Source: Octopus sinensis (taxonomy: Eukaryota). Taken from it: DNA of 64,000 nucleotides. How positions within the stretch are numbered: position 1 is the stretch's first letter; every line of letters begins with the position of its first letter. The position numbers and the translations under genes are program-made. Under the pieces are notes generated by a model, which saw only the letters and a program-made list of their open reading frames with translations, was not told where the DNA came from and did not search any database. The stretch lies in assembly GCF_006345805.1 (NCBI RefSeq), contig NC_042998.1:34410001-34474000 (forward strand). The letters run 5' to 3'. Positions 12,184 through 25,674 of this stretch are shown one piece after another.

Positions 12184-13581
12184 AAGCCTATGGTCAGCCA
12201 TATTGTTTGGCGTGATCTCTTCCAATTTCACACCAGCTACCTCAAGCAGCTCATTTGCTTCCTGACTGACCCATTTAAGACAGATGAATCACTGATGAAG
12301 ACAATCATCTTTATATTCACCACACTGTCACTTCTTATTAGTCAGCAGACTTCAAATAATTCATACAAGATTCTTCTTGTAATAGAGGCCGAAAGCACAC
12401 CCTTCAACACTTGCAGCCAGTTACTCATTATCACTGACTGGAGAGCACTCACATTGGCAGTAGAACTCATACAGAAAGGCCATCAGAGTATCTAGATAAC
12501 TAAACACTTACTCACCATTTATCTATGTCCCTTCTACCATTAACCCCTAAAGCGCTGGGATTTGCACTTACACACCATGGCCTGCTGAGCACATTTTATA
12601 AAAATGAGAACTGCCACGCACAGTCATAAAAACCAAAAAATATAGTTAAAATATCTTCTTAGTATATAATGGTGCCAAGTTTTACATCATCTGAAAAGTC
12701 ATTAGTTGAACTATTAGTCCTCTTGCATTCTGGAGGGTATCAGAGCATTTGAGTGACATTAGACCCCAACAAATGCCCTTAAATTAAATGCATCTATCTG
12801 GGCCATGATTGTGGCCTGTCAACCTTTGCCTGATGACCACGTGTTAATATTAGCTTCAAATTCTGGTACAAAGCTAGCAAGTTTGGGGGAGAATGTAAGT
12901 CGATTACATTGATTCTATTGGCCCTGAAAGGATAAAAGGCAAATCTGACCTCAGTAGAATTTGAACTCAGAATGTAGATATGGACAAAATGCTCAGCAGC
13001 ATTTTGTCTGACATGCCAACAATTCTGCCAGCTCACCATTTTCCTTCTCCTTTATATATTATGACTTTTACTGCTAAGCATTTCGCCCTGCGTGCTAATG
13101 TTTCTGCCAGCTTGCCACCATAGCAGCATAATATATTTCAATGACAGCCATAGTTGAATCAACAGGAGTGTTTTCACATCCCCATAGCTTTGGGGTTTGG
13201 TGAAAGAGTCCCATAGAATAAGTACCAGACTTTAAAAGATGAGTACTGGGGTCAATTTGTTTGATTAAAATTCTTCAGGGTGGTGCTCCAGCATGGCCAC
13301 AGTCTAATGACTGAAAGAAGATAAGAGATATTAAGCCTTAACTGTCATCTAACATACGAAGGTAACAACATCCTCCCACCCTGGGTCTCTTGACTTGTGA
13401 GCATTAGGAAGGGCATCCAGCTATAGAAACCATACCAGAGCAGGGGTATGATGCAGTCCTTGACTCACTGGATCCTTGTCAAACCATCCAACTCATGCCA
13501 GCATGGGAAATGGATGTTAAATGCTGATGATGATGGTAACATACTAAATATCTTTATATTCTATACAATTGTATTCTATAC

Positions 13582-13744
13582 AGGCGCAGGTTTGGCTGTA
13601 TGGTAAGAAGTTTGCTTCCCAACCACATGGTTCCAGGTTCAGTCCTACTACATGGCACCTTGGGCAAGTGTCTTCTACTATAGCCTTGAGCCAACCGAAG
13701 CCTTGCAAGTGGATTTGGTTGATGGAAACTAGAAGAAACCCGTC

Positions 13745-13788
<44 letters not shown>

Positions 13789-14010
13789 GTATGTGTGTGT
13801 GTATATGTTTGTCAACCCCACCCACCCATTGCTTGATAACCAATGTTGGTGTGTTTATGTCCCTGTAACTTAGCGGTTTGGCAAAAGAGGACAATAGAAT
13901 AAGTACTAGGCTTACAAAGAATAACTCTTGGGGGTCGATTCGTTCAACTAAAGGCAGTGCTCCAACATGGCCGCAGTCAAATGAATGAAACAAGGAAAAG
14001 AAAAGAAAAG
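13582..14010 (+). mobile_element. SINE family A
   Basis: Complete head, (TA)n core and tail. Confidence 0.85.
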
Positions 14011-15290
14011 AATTATCAAATATAAGCTTATATTCTAATTACGGTTGCCTGTTTGTCTGTCTGTGTGTCTCTATTCATCCATTTAAATGTCTTTTTATAA
14101 TATATGAGTGTATTTCGTGTATGTAATACTACCAGAATACATATATGTTTATTCATACAAACACACACATAACACAATATCAAATTGCTTATGATTTCCA
14201 AGTGACTCGGGAATAATTGAACGTCAGCATCTGGAATGACACCGATATCTTTTCTGCATATTTGATGTGAAGGCATGGCGTGTGTTGGGTAGAACTGTGA
14301 TGTTGGTGTTTAGAACATTGACAGAATACCAAGACACCAGCTACATGGAATGATAAGGGTACCGAATAGAATACGTTGAATGGATAATGTTAATGCACCT
14401 GAATGAGTAAATTAAGACACTACCTGTGTATTAATTAAATGTGCATTTTTCTCATTGTCTTCTTCTTTGAAAATAATATTATTATGACTGTGTAAAGGTG
14501 TAAACAAGTAATATTTAATCTGTTAATGTTTGAGACCGTTGGCTGATTCAGAGGAAAACATTCAAAGTTTGGCACATTGGGTTAGTCTCAGGATACTTTA
14601 GCTGACAGGAATCACCAAAAGAAAGCTGGATTCGTAGGAATATATCAGGTGATAACTGTAATAGAGAGAATAAAGCACCAGAAAAACACCTTATGAGCTG
14701 ACATTACGTAATCTCTTAACAGTATTGTATTGTTGGCCCCATTATACTTAACATTCTCAATGATGAAGCCGCCTAATTTTTATTAGGTATTCTATGACTT
14801 GGAGCCGTTCACTAGTTTAAGCTGTGAGACTACTGTAAAAGCAGAGAATGCTTCATTAGTTTTCATTGATTTTCATTAACTGAGCTCAGATCTTACTATA
14901 AGCTGTGTGGCACCTTTGGCAAGTGTCTTCTACTATGGCCTTGGGCTGACCAAAACCTTGTAGACATAAACTGAAAGAAACCCATTGTGTGTGTGTTGAC
15001 AACTAGTGTTGGTGTGTTTACATCCTAATAACTTTGCAGTTCAGCAAAAGAGAGTGATAGAATAAGTGTCTGGCTTTAAAAAAAAAGTGCTGAGTCAATT
15101 CATTTGACTAAAAATTCTTCAAGGCAGTGCCCCAGCGTGGCCACAGTCTGATGACTGAAACAAGTACAATGTGAATTGTCTTGACTTACCTTTGCATCGT
15201 GTCCAGGTGTTGGGGCTCATTACATATTGTATAAGATAACTGAAGTACAATAAACAACCTATCCTCCCTTCATCCATAATGAGCCATACC

Positions 15291-15518
15291 TTAACCCTTT
15301 CGTTACTAACCCAGCTGAAACCGGCTCTGGCTCTGAGTACAAATGTCTTGTTTTCATAAGTTTTGAATTAAAATCTTCCACCAAACCTTAGTCACAATTT
15401 ATGTTCCTAACACTAGCTGAATGGTAACCAAGTTATTTTACTAAATTCTTTGTTATATTTAGAGTAATTGAAAGAAGCACAGAGTATCTCAAAATAAATA
15501 CAGTAATGAAAGGGTTAA
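15291..15518. mobile_element. piggyBac-type MITE (opposite orientation)
   Basis: TTAA ccctttcgttac ... gtaatgaaaggg TTAA. Confidence 0.9.
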
Positions 15519-16537
15519 TGATGACAGTAAAGAATAAAAATGGTTTTTCCTTTTTTTATTCACAGCACTTCAATCCATCTGTTCTGATTTAGTCTTAGTG
15601 TCACATTTCTACAAATTAACTTATACGCTGGCATTTAAAATACCTGAACCTTTATTTCTTACACTGTGATATTCTTATTCACCAATTCTAACGTAGTGTA
15701 GACAGAAAAACAAAATATGCCAATAGTTCAATGAGTTCCTGGAACTAGAAATATCACATCTGAAAGAAATATTAAGCTCTTCTTTTAAAGCAGTCAAACC
15801 ATTTCATATTATTCCCATCCAACTAAGTCATTGCATCATGCAGTAAGAAAGAACTCTGATAAGAATCTAAGCAATTTCCATCTTTGTTAGTTTTAAAAGT
15901 TTTTAAACCCCAACAATGACTGGTGCTTAGTTTGGAATGAGTAAACTAAGACGTTACCTGTGTATTAATTAAATGTACATTTTCTCATAGTTTTCTTCTT
16001 ATTCTTTGAAAATGATATTAATATGGCTGTGTAAAGTGTAAACATGTATACTTAATGGTGTCACTGTTTGAGATTGTTGATTGATACAATGGAAAAAAAT
16101 TCAAAGTTTGGTACAGAGGACAAATTCAAATTTTGTTTGAAGCCTTGATAAATTATAAATTAAATGTGAAATTTTTAAACCCTGACAATTGTTGGTTTTT
16201 TAATTTTGGTTTCTTTGCAGAAATCATATCAAATATAAATGTTGCTTTCTTGTATAGGAAACCAGGGTATTAATGGTAACATCGCCTCTCTCCAAAATTC
16301 GCAATGTATTACTGGAAGCTGATTAGACTGAGGTTAGACAATGTTTTATTGAAAGCTTGTTAGACTGGAGTCTATCCTGAAAAAATACATGCAATACATT
16401 ATTTTGGTAACTCATTAAAATTAAGTATCAATAAATATTCAACACTACCCACCATTTTCATAATGGACCTTTGTTTTATTCTTTCTCATTGGCATAGTTT
16501 GAACAAAAATTGATGGAGATAGTTTATTGCTTGTTCA

Positions 16538-16967
16538 ATAATAATAATAATGAAATTATTGTATACAGTGCTCAGGTGCACCACAACTTGTCAAAAGTGC
16601 GTATAAAGCATATGCAGTAATGTACAAATGTCTGGGAAGCGAACAGTGTATGAGTCAGATACATGTGCTTGTGTGTGTATGGAGGGGAGAAAATCAGGTG
16701 TAGTGTTGGTGAATCTCAGGAAGCATGGAAGTTTTGAAGGATGCAGTGCTCCGACAACTAACAACTGATGCCAGCAGTTTGTTCCATGCTTCAGCGACTC
16801 TTAGCGTGAAAAATTGTTTCCGAAAGTCATGGCAGCTGTGCTGTTTTCTGACTTTGTAAACATGTCCACGGGTGTTAGACAGGTGGAGTTTGAAAGGTGC
16901 TCAGAGTTATTGTTTGTAAGATGGTTGATAATTTTATGGGTGTCTGCCAAGTCAGCTGCCAGACGTA
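16538..16967 (-). mobile_element. CR1-clade LINE 3' end
   Basis: Minus strand RLAADLADTHKII...NTRGHVYKV...FRKQFFTLRVAEAWNKL (TRGH / FFxxRVxxxWN motifs), with a (TTA)n tail at ~16538-16552. Confidence 0.88.
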
Positions 16968-17255
16968 TGCCCTGTAGCTAAGTGATTTCATCAGTTTCAA
17001 TGTGCAAAGGCCAACAGAAAACAATATCTTATTTGAAAAACAAGGATTGACAGAAAGGGCACCTGGCTGCAGGGTACTGATTTAATAAATTCCGTCCATT
17101 CAATGCCAGTATGAAATATGAAAAAGCTAACATAAAAATAATTTGGGGAGCTAGAATATCCCCCATTAATGAGGTTTCCAATCCTTATCTGATGTGCCTT
17201 TAGTTTAATTCTACTTAATGTCTTTCTGTATTCATCTGTAGAAGACAATTTAATT

Positions 17256-17586
17256 CAGGGGTTCTCTACCAGGGTCCATATGGCCCCTGTGAAGGTCCAT
17301 ATAAGATTTTTGTGAGTCCATACAAGTAAATAGTAAATTGGAGAACCACAATAATATATTAAGGACCCCTGAATAAATTTTGCTTTAGATGTGTGTATTG
17401 GTGTGTATTGCAAGAAACAGCTAGATTTCTTTTTCTAACATTTTACATAGTTTAACCAACACAAGGGAATGTGGGAAAAACAAAATAGGAATTTTGAAAG
17501 AAGTTTCTATAAAACTAGTTTTTAAACATTGAATACAATAGTAATCAAAGGTGTCCATTGATAAAAGAAATGGTTGAGAACCACTG
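17256..17586. mobile_element. hAT (Charlie-like) MITE
   Basis: caggggttctctacc ... ggttgagaaccactg TIRs; imperfect 8-bp TSD atttaatt/atttagtg. Confidence 0.7.
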
Positions 17587-17675
17587 ATTTAGTGTTTTCT
17601 TAAGAATCAGAAATAAATATGAGGTAAGTTATCAGAGAGATTTTTATAGAAACCATAGGTATGCATTCATTATTG

Positions 17676-17950
17676 ATCATTTATGGAGACCTGCCAAAGG
17701 TTAGCAAAATCAGGCAAAGACGGCTGTGGCTATCTGGTCGCTGCATGCACCACCCTCAACTGGAAGCATCCAAATTAGTCTTCTGGAACCTACTTTATGG
17801 TGATGTAAGAAGAGGTGAATGTTGTCACACCTACGTCAACACCTTGATTGTGGACACTGGCTTGGAATGTATCCAAGACCTAGAGGCAGTGATGATGAAC
17901 TTTGTTGCTGTGGCCCAAATTGGAATCCAGCCATAATAATAATAATAATA
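17676..17950 (+). mobile_element. RTE LINE 3' fragment
   Basis: IYGDLPKVSKIRQRRLWLSGRC...LVFW...TYVNTLIVDTGL, similar to 276-769; (ATA)n tail. Confidence 0.8.
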
Positions 17951-18041
17951 ATGCCATTTCATCGACATGTGGATGCTGGTTGCTCTCATTCATACTTTAA
18001 ATTCAAATATCTATAATTTAGAATTTTTATCACATTTTATT

Positions 18042-18084
18042 TTGAACTTGACAAAGACAGAATAACTGTTGAAACATCGTTCAA
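18042..18084 (+). ncRNA. Candidate minimal type-I hammerhead, U3-A8 core variant
   Basis: UUGAAC-UUGACAA-A-GACAG aauaa CUGUU-GAAAC-AUC-GUUCAA; 6-bp stem I; lies in a ~180-bp insert flanked by (TAA)n. Confidence 0.55.
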
Positions 18085-18716
18085 CCTATAAAATATCTAT
18101 TACAATCGAATCACACTCTTTGTCTTGACTAATAATAGTAATAATGATGATGATGATAAGTTTAGTTCATGAAAGAATTAGCAAATTCACAGCAAAATTA
18201 ATTGCATGGTATGATTTTACATAACTGTAAAATCTTGTCAGTAAAAGCTGATAGTTCCTAATTTTTAGAGAGAAGTCAACAATGATTATGATATTCAAAA
18301 ATGAATTTGTAATTTGAATCTGAAAATAAGTTTGCATGAAAATGAGCTGAAGAAGGAACTGGGTATGAGAAACTGCAGCTAAATAATATTGATGGGTTAG
18401 AGTGAAATATGTAATGGCAGTTTTGACAAAGTGAAAAAAGCCAGATGCGAAACTGGTTTGAAGTAATGATGAATATTTGTAAAAACAATCGGCAAAAGAA
18501 GATATCTAGAGAAATGGTAAAATGATTGGTTGCTTGTAGAAGGGATGGGATTCAGTGGCTGAAGTGGAATGATTGAAACAAGTAAAATGTAAAAATGGTA
18601 ACTGGATGTTATTTGTAATTTTCCACTTATTTTGTTCCTAAACTGGCCAGGGTGGAATGGAAATGGAAATGGGGTTTATTGCTGCAGTTCTTACTGATGG
18701 ATGTACTTCTTACTAT

Positions 18717-18962
18717 TTAACTCTTTTGATACCAACCTGCCTGAAACCAGCTCTGGCTCTGTGGTACAGTTTAGTTCATGAAAGAATGTCTTGTTTTCAT
18801 AAGTTCTGAATTAAAATCTTCCACCAAACCTTAGTCACAATTTATGTTCCTAACACCAGCTTAATGATAACTAAGTTATTTTACTAAATTCTTTGTTATA
18901 CTTAAAAGTAATTGAAAGAAACACAGAGCATCTCAATAGAAATACAGTAACGAAAGGATTAA
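18717..18962. mobile_element. piggyBac-type MITE with internal templated insertion
   Basis: TTAA termini with degenerate TIRs; extra sequence at ~18769-18784. Confidence 0.85.
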
Positions 18963-19299
18963 ACTATAGTATGCAAAATTATGGGTCTTATCCAGGAACA
19001 AACATTGTGCAATGGATATTGTAATGCTCGAAATCATGACTGACTATTGAGATTGTGCATAAATCTGGTATTATTTTGGGAAATAATTATTTAGTAATTT
19101 CATACTTTCCATCAGTATTCTAGTAAAAATGCTTTTGTACATAATAATATCATGTAAAGCAAATTATTGAGTTGAGGTGGTTGGTACCTCTTATGATGTC
19201 TTCTTTATATTCTGATTTAAGAGAAAACACCAAAATTTTTTTTATCTGGATCCTATGAGGCTTATTTTGGAATTAAAAGAAGGCTTTTGATTTCTTTAT

Positions 19300-19521
19300 T
19301 GCCCACAGTGGGATAAATATAGAGGGGACAAACAAGGACAGACAAGGGGTTTAAGTCGATTACATCGACCCCAGGGCGTAACTGGTACTTATTTAATCAA
19401 CCCCGAAAGGATGAAAGGCAAAGTTGACCATGGCGGAATTTGAACTCAGAATGTAACGTCAGATGAAATACCACTAGGCATTTTGCCCAGTGTGCTAACT
19501 TTTCTGGCAGCTCGCCGCCTT
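19300..19521 (-). mobile_element. tRNA-derived SINE family B (Nin/Deu-domain-like)
   Basis: Reverse of ggcggcgagctg...gagttcaaattcc...gcctttcatcctttcggggttgattaaataagtacca (Nin-like core). Confidence 0.8.
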
Positions 19522-20324
19522 TGTCATCACCATCATCATCATTGTCATCATCATCATTGTCGTCATCATCATTGTCGTCATCATCAACATCACCATCTTC
19601 ACAATTATCATAATTTAAAGTTTGTTTTTCATATTGGCTTGGGTTAGATGGTTTCACAGAAACTGGCAAGCCAGAGATCTGCACCAGGCTCCAGCTGTGT
19701 CTTTTGGAATGGTTTCTCTGGTTGGGTGCCCTTCCTAATACCTACAGTGCCATTGCTGGTGCTCTGCTATCTGGCATCAGCATGGGTACTTTTCTTATGT
19801 AGCACTAGCGCATGCAAATTTAATTTCCTCATCTTCGGTCTTACAACAGTTCTACGAATAAATGTCAGAGATGTTCTCTGCTATTGAGCACTGAGGTCTG
19901 GCGTGGGAAAGACTTGACAGCGCTGGTGCTGTATGAGAAGAGAAATTTCAGTGTGTTGCACAACTGTAGCAGCACATAATTAATGCATATAGCAATGGTG
20001 TAAGTTTATATGTGGCATACCTGGGCAGCTTTTCTAGATTTATGTATTAAGAACAACGGTAGGTCAGGACGAGTGAATAAAGTCATTTATAATGTCATAT
20101 TTTATCATCTCTTTCCCATATAGCTGCAGACCGATGGAATTGCATTATATCAATAATGAAACAGTTGGAATCAGATAGCAAAGTCACATTTCTGGTCATG
20201 TCTTGATAAAATTATTATTAGGATCTAAAATAGATGTGAAATTTAAAGCAAAGTTAAAAATACTGTGCAAATATTTTTCTTATGAATTTATGGTGGTGAG
20301 TAATTTACCTCACAGCCAAGATTT

Positions 20325-20667
20325 TTTAGAAAATTGTTATTGGTTTTAGTGTTTCTACATTTCTCTGTGAACCCAGATTGCCCTTTGGCTTTATTTTGTC
20401 CTAAAAATTTATGCAGCCTTTGTAACCTAATAAAGGAAGAATTATTTCTGTTGCAAATTCAGTATATTAAGGATTTATGAACATTTAAGAAATAGTTGAG
20501 CAGAAGACTAATTCTTTGGCTGTGTGGTCAATAACTTGCTTCCCAACCACATGGTTCCGGGTTCAATCACACTGCCTGGCACATTGGGCAAGTGTTCTCT
20601 ACTATAGCCTCAGGCTGACCAAAGCCTTGTGAGTGAATTTGGTAGATGGAAACTGAAAGAAGCCCGT

Positions 20668-20702
<35 letters not shown>

Positions 20703-21205
20703 CTAATGTAGGGTAAAATTTTTTTCGGGAAAAAAATTTTATCAATGGCCAGCATATCAAAAAATACCTTTAAAGGTTAAATTTATAAATAATTTACAAG
20801 ATAAGGGCAAAAGAAAAATTCTAATGCCAAATATGCCGAAAAAAAGACAAAACTTTTCAATAACCGTTATAATTTATGCATCTCGAAACAAACTGATAGA
20901 AATCTCTAAAAAAATTGTTATTACCGTATTGGTCCAATTTCGGGGTTAATATATATATATATATGCATGTGTGTGTATGTATGTATGTATTTGTGTGTCT
21001 GTGTTTCTCCCCCCCCCCACCTTTGCTTGACAACCGATGTTTCTTTAGAAAATTGTTATTGGTTTTAGTGTTTCTACATTTCTATGTAAACCCATATTGC
21101 CCTTTGTCTTTATTTTGTCCTAAAAATTTCAGCAGCCCTTGTATCTAATAAAGGAAGAATTATTTCTGTTGCAACTTCAGTATATTAAGGATTGATGAAC
21201 ATTTA
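20325..21205. repeat. ~162-bp direct repeats bracketing a truncated SINE
   Basis: 20325-20487 matches 21044-21205; SINE A 20518-21040 between them breaks off at the start of the second copy. Confidence 0.85.
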
Positions 21206-23479
21206 CGCTGGCCATAAGACCATTTTCATAAAATGTTTAGTAATAGAAGTCTCCTATTGATCAAAATATCTTTCCTTTTAAATTCTTTCTATTTGATTTG
21301 ATTTGATTTGATTCTACCAAACAAACCAAATATATTTTCTTCTGTGAACTTGTGTTTGTTTTTATGTGACTTCTACACTTTTGCCGCTAGTCAATCACAT
21401 CAGTCACCATTCCTCTGTACATATTGACCTTTAATCAATGTCCTCACAGTGCTACTACCCAGCCTTTCTGATTATTATTCCTCCATTTATGCGTCTTGTA
21501 TTTCTACACACATAAGAACACAAAAATATTTGCAACAGCAAGATATTTTTAAGGCTCTTAGGATTTTAGCTTCATGAAAAATTCCTTTCATGTATGTTTT
21601 TTTTTTTAATTCTTTACAAATGGTTTTCTTTTTAGATGCATGTAAATGTTTTGCACTGGTTTTCTTTAATTTTCTTCTTATTCTTAAACTGTCAGAAAAT
21701 ATTGAAAGAGAAGAATCAAAAGAAAAACACGAAAATGTTGCATAAATACATGCATATGTTGTTTCTAAGAGATTTCAGAGAATAGAGAGAAAGGGAGAGA
21801 GGGAATATGAAACAACGAAGAATAAAACAATGTCGGAAAATTGAAGATTAATAAAGGAGTTTTCAAAAAAATCGATGTTGCATTCCTGTGAGTATATATG
21901 TATATGGAAGTCTGTGAGAGAAAGCAATTTCTCAATGGATATTACAATTTACAGAAAATAATCACTAAATAAATTCTGGAAAGATTAGAGCTTTGGTAAC
22001 AGATGTCCTAAGAGAGAATGTATTTCTGTTGAATATTGCTGTGCATTTAGTTTATTGGACACTGAGAAATCAAGACGTTTCCACGTGCTGGGCCTTCAAT
22101 GTAAATGTTTGGTAGATAACAAAAGGTAAACGAGTTATATGTGAGATAATTTCTAAGCAGGTTGGAAAAAGCAAATGCATTTCATCCTCAAGTGACATTT
22201 TCTTTTTTTTTTCAATACTTGGTTGAGAGCCATATTTTGAGTGGTAAGAATTTCAAAAAGGAATGGTGGGTGTAACCAAAAATAGATTATGCAAAGACAT
22301 TTGATCAAAGAAAGTGAGGTAACGATGCTTTGAGTGTATGGATTCTAGGTTCATATGCAAGAAGTTTTACTTTCTGCAAGTGGTGCTATTCAATTGAGTA
22401 TTAACAATAAGACTTATTTTTATCTGAAGAATCCAACAGACTACAGATATTCCTGCCAAAACTTTGTGTAATTAATTTTGTCTTGTAACCTTGCTGAAAC
22501 TATTGAATGACATCTAGGTGACTTCTTCTATTAGAAGGTGTCCTTCATGAATTGAATATATTAGTTATGTTAATAGGTGCAGGTGTGACAGTGTGGTAAG
22601 AAGTTTGCTTCCTAAATACGTGGTTCTGGGTTCAATTCAGTTATGTGGAACCTTGGGCAAGTGTCTTCTACAATAGCCTCAGGCCAACCAAAGCTTAGTG
22701 AAAAGGCATAAACTGTAAGAAGTCCATCATATATATATGACTGTGATCACTGTGACCGACCAGGCTATCAGATGTTGCTACACATCGCTGGTCACAATGC
22801 GCTTCGCATTGTTTTAGCCTTCAAATGACGCCACCCTGCTGGCTATATATATGGTGAGAATTTACAAAAAAACAAAAGACGAAGACAGGTGTGTAAACAA
22901 CAAACAGATGTATTAGTTTAACACTTGGGAAGTGAGAATGTCTTTTAGGTTTTGAGTCTACACTCATGGCGAATCTATCTATCTATCTATATATATTATA
23001 TATATATAGTTAATCCAAACAAGAAAGCACAAAAAAAAGACAACAACGCGAGGACGTGGAACAAATATAGTATTATTGGACGCTCAGGAAAGAAGGAAAG
23101 GAGGAGGGTTTAACGTTTCGAGCAGAGCTTGTGTGTGGAAGGTGCACAGGTACAATAAGCTCTGAAAATGTATAGAAAATTAATTCCATCACATGTTCAG
23201 GTAACTAGAAGTAGTCGATAGCTTCTGTTGCCATATATATTCAACAGGCTTCTTTCAGTTTCCGTCTACCAAATCCACTCACAAAACTTTGGTTGGCTTG
23301 AAGCTATAGTAGAAGACACTTGCCCAAGGTGCCACGCAGTGGGACTGAACCCAGAGCCGTGTGGTTGGGAAGCAAGCTTCTTACCACAAGTCACACCTTT
23401 GTTGATTTTCTTTTATGAAGTTAGTGGATAATATTATTGGTAAGTCCTCGACTGTCTTGTTAAATTAAAAGAATACACA

Positions 23480-24450
23480 CAGACAAAGTCCATATCATAA
23501 AATGAATTTTATTCAATCAACGTCTGTAAACATTGCCTTCCTGTTATTAGAGTGTGCATATTGTCCTAAAATATTTGATTCTGGGAGGATCTGCTCAAAA
23601 AATATCTGCTCTAGTTTCATAATTCTATGGGAGCTTACAACGTTCACATGTGCTGCCCTTCTGTCAACAAATTAATAAAGAAATGGTAAGGACTTTGGTC
23701 AGTGAAATCTTTCAGCTACATTCTAGTAACTTCAAAGACACTTCCTTCTTGGAATGCAATTTCTTTGATAGCTTGTATATTACCAGTTGATCAGATAAAT
23801 ACAATATGACCGAATGAAGTGTTCTATTTACTGAATACAAATACGGCAGGGTCTCACAAATGTAATATAATGAACTGCTGAACTTCAATCATCTGAGATT
23901 ATCCGAGCAATTAATAGACTAAAACATCTGAGAGTGTTTAAAGCTAAAAACAACAAACAGAAAAGATAACTCAATTGAGTTCAGTTAATCAAAAATTTCG
24001 GACAATATGGTCAGTGCAAAGTGGAGTGGATCTGGTCAGATACATGGTATAATGCTTTTAGTAATTATCTTTAAATGTAGGTTAATATAATATTATTTTT
24101 CTCTTCCGGTGATGGTAAAAGAATTATGCTTCAATGCATCCAATAATTGACTGCTTATTTTGCAAATTTGTTGCACTTTGGCTGCTTCAAAGGTAAGCTA
24201 TAAATACAGCGGTTCACATGTTGAAGTTATAAAGACAGAGAGAATACAACAGAAGCTATTGTTAGAGTCATTACCTGTTCTATCATCCTCTTATCATGCC
24301 AGTTGGTTGCATCTTATTTAGTCGAAGAATCACAGCTGCGATAAAGCTTTCTGTTCTCACTCTTGGAAAACTTGAAATAGGTATTTTCTGTTAGAAAAGA
24401 AAGAAATTGTCATATTTCACGATCACTGGATATAGCAAAGTAACTGAAAA
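23480..24450 (-). mobile_element. Possible highly decayed hAT transposase remnant
   Basis: Minus strand fragments TCERCKL and ILGQYAHSNNRK resemble the hAT dimerization domain; many stops and frameshifts. Confidence 0.3.
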
Positions 24451-24499
24451 ATTCAACTTCCAAAGTCAACGATCATTATTCACACCCAGAATGTTATTT

Positions 24500-25008
24500 T
24501 AGCAGATATTATATCTCATAATTTCATCTATTTGATGCTTAGGATTTTCTAAGGCACCTAATTATAAATTTTTGGAGCTTTCTGAGAATATCTCTGTTCA
24601 TTTGCTATGACTTGGCACTGTAAAGCAGGAATAATTTAATGTTGTTATTGAAAATTCTCATCTTAATACATTTGGTCAATGCTTTGGCTTTCCAGGACAG
24701 ATTTTAAAATGTTGGTGGCATGGCTTGCTTCTCCAAATCTTACTGCAAGATCCTCTACTTTAAGTCTAATGGAGACAGCAGGCTATACATTAAGAAAACC
24801 TGACGAATGTTTGTGAAGAGAAGCCTTGGATAGGAACATGGCAGTGAAAAGGAAGGTTGGACACTCGATAATCATCTGGTGAAAACTAGAAGGAAAGAAG
24901 CTTACAGGGTGGACACAGAATAAAATGAAAAGGAAAACACAGAAAGAACTGCCATAGAGAGAGCCTATATTCTGTCAGGAATCTTAATGGGTCGAGGTGG
25001 GGATGATA
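24500..25008. mobile_element. RTE LINE remnant with 5' inversion
   Basis: Minus strand 24760->24500: EDLAVRFGEASHA...KMRIFNNNIKLFLLYSAKS*...IIRCLRK. Plus strand from 24781: GYTLRKP...ALDRN...KRKVGH. Confidence 0.7.
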
Positions 25009-25674
25009 GCATATCTTAGCTTGCTTTTAGTCTTCTTATGGTAGTCATTTGTATGAGAACAGTTTGGGTGTTGAACAATTAGTGGTTATTGTTACAACTT
25101 TGCTTATTATAATGTTAAATAGGATAATACATACTCCTAGCTTCTTCAAGCATTTACATGACACAGATGTTGTGGTGTGTGATTTTTTTTTCCTTTTTCT
25201 TTTTGTTGACTTGCTTTCAACATAATAACTGATCTGCCGCGTGTCTGATTAGTTCAACAGTGTTTAATTAGCAGAATCACTTTCAGTATTTGTTCCAGTT
25301 CTCTACATTGTGAGTTCAAATCCTGCTGAGATCAGCTTTGCCTTTTTATTCTTCCAAGGTAATAAAATAAAGTACAGGTCAGTCGACTAAGCGCTACCTG
25401 CAAATTTCTGCACCTGAGCATAGGTTAGCAACGATTATGGGATTAGCATGACAGTGTCTTTCAAAGCTAATAATACCTGGTGAGGAATGGGGTCACCCTC
25501 CCCACTGAGAGGAGTGGGGGAGGTTACCGACTCTAAACACTGTTTTGACTGTTGTGTTGTTGTTATTTAGCCCTCGATCAGGTCTATGTTCGTAAATATC
25601 ATAGTCATGATAATTCTATTTCTTTGGTTTTCAGACATATTGTAACTCAGACTGTGTTATCTAATGTGTCCTTT

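Noticed and set aside
11816-12265. Long CV-/HT-rich ORFs (also 27772-28077 and 58322-58567)
   Set aside because: Translations of (CA)n/(TA)n microsatellites.
12190-12560. 101-aa ORF vaguely like a Penelope GIY-YIG region
   Set aside because: Too degenerate to call without an HMM search.
15190-15239. Minus-strand 50-nt segment with good AG and gtaagt boundaries
   Set aside because: Not frame-preserving, no partner exons, wedged between repeats and opposite to the better exon; needs RNA-seq.
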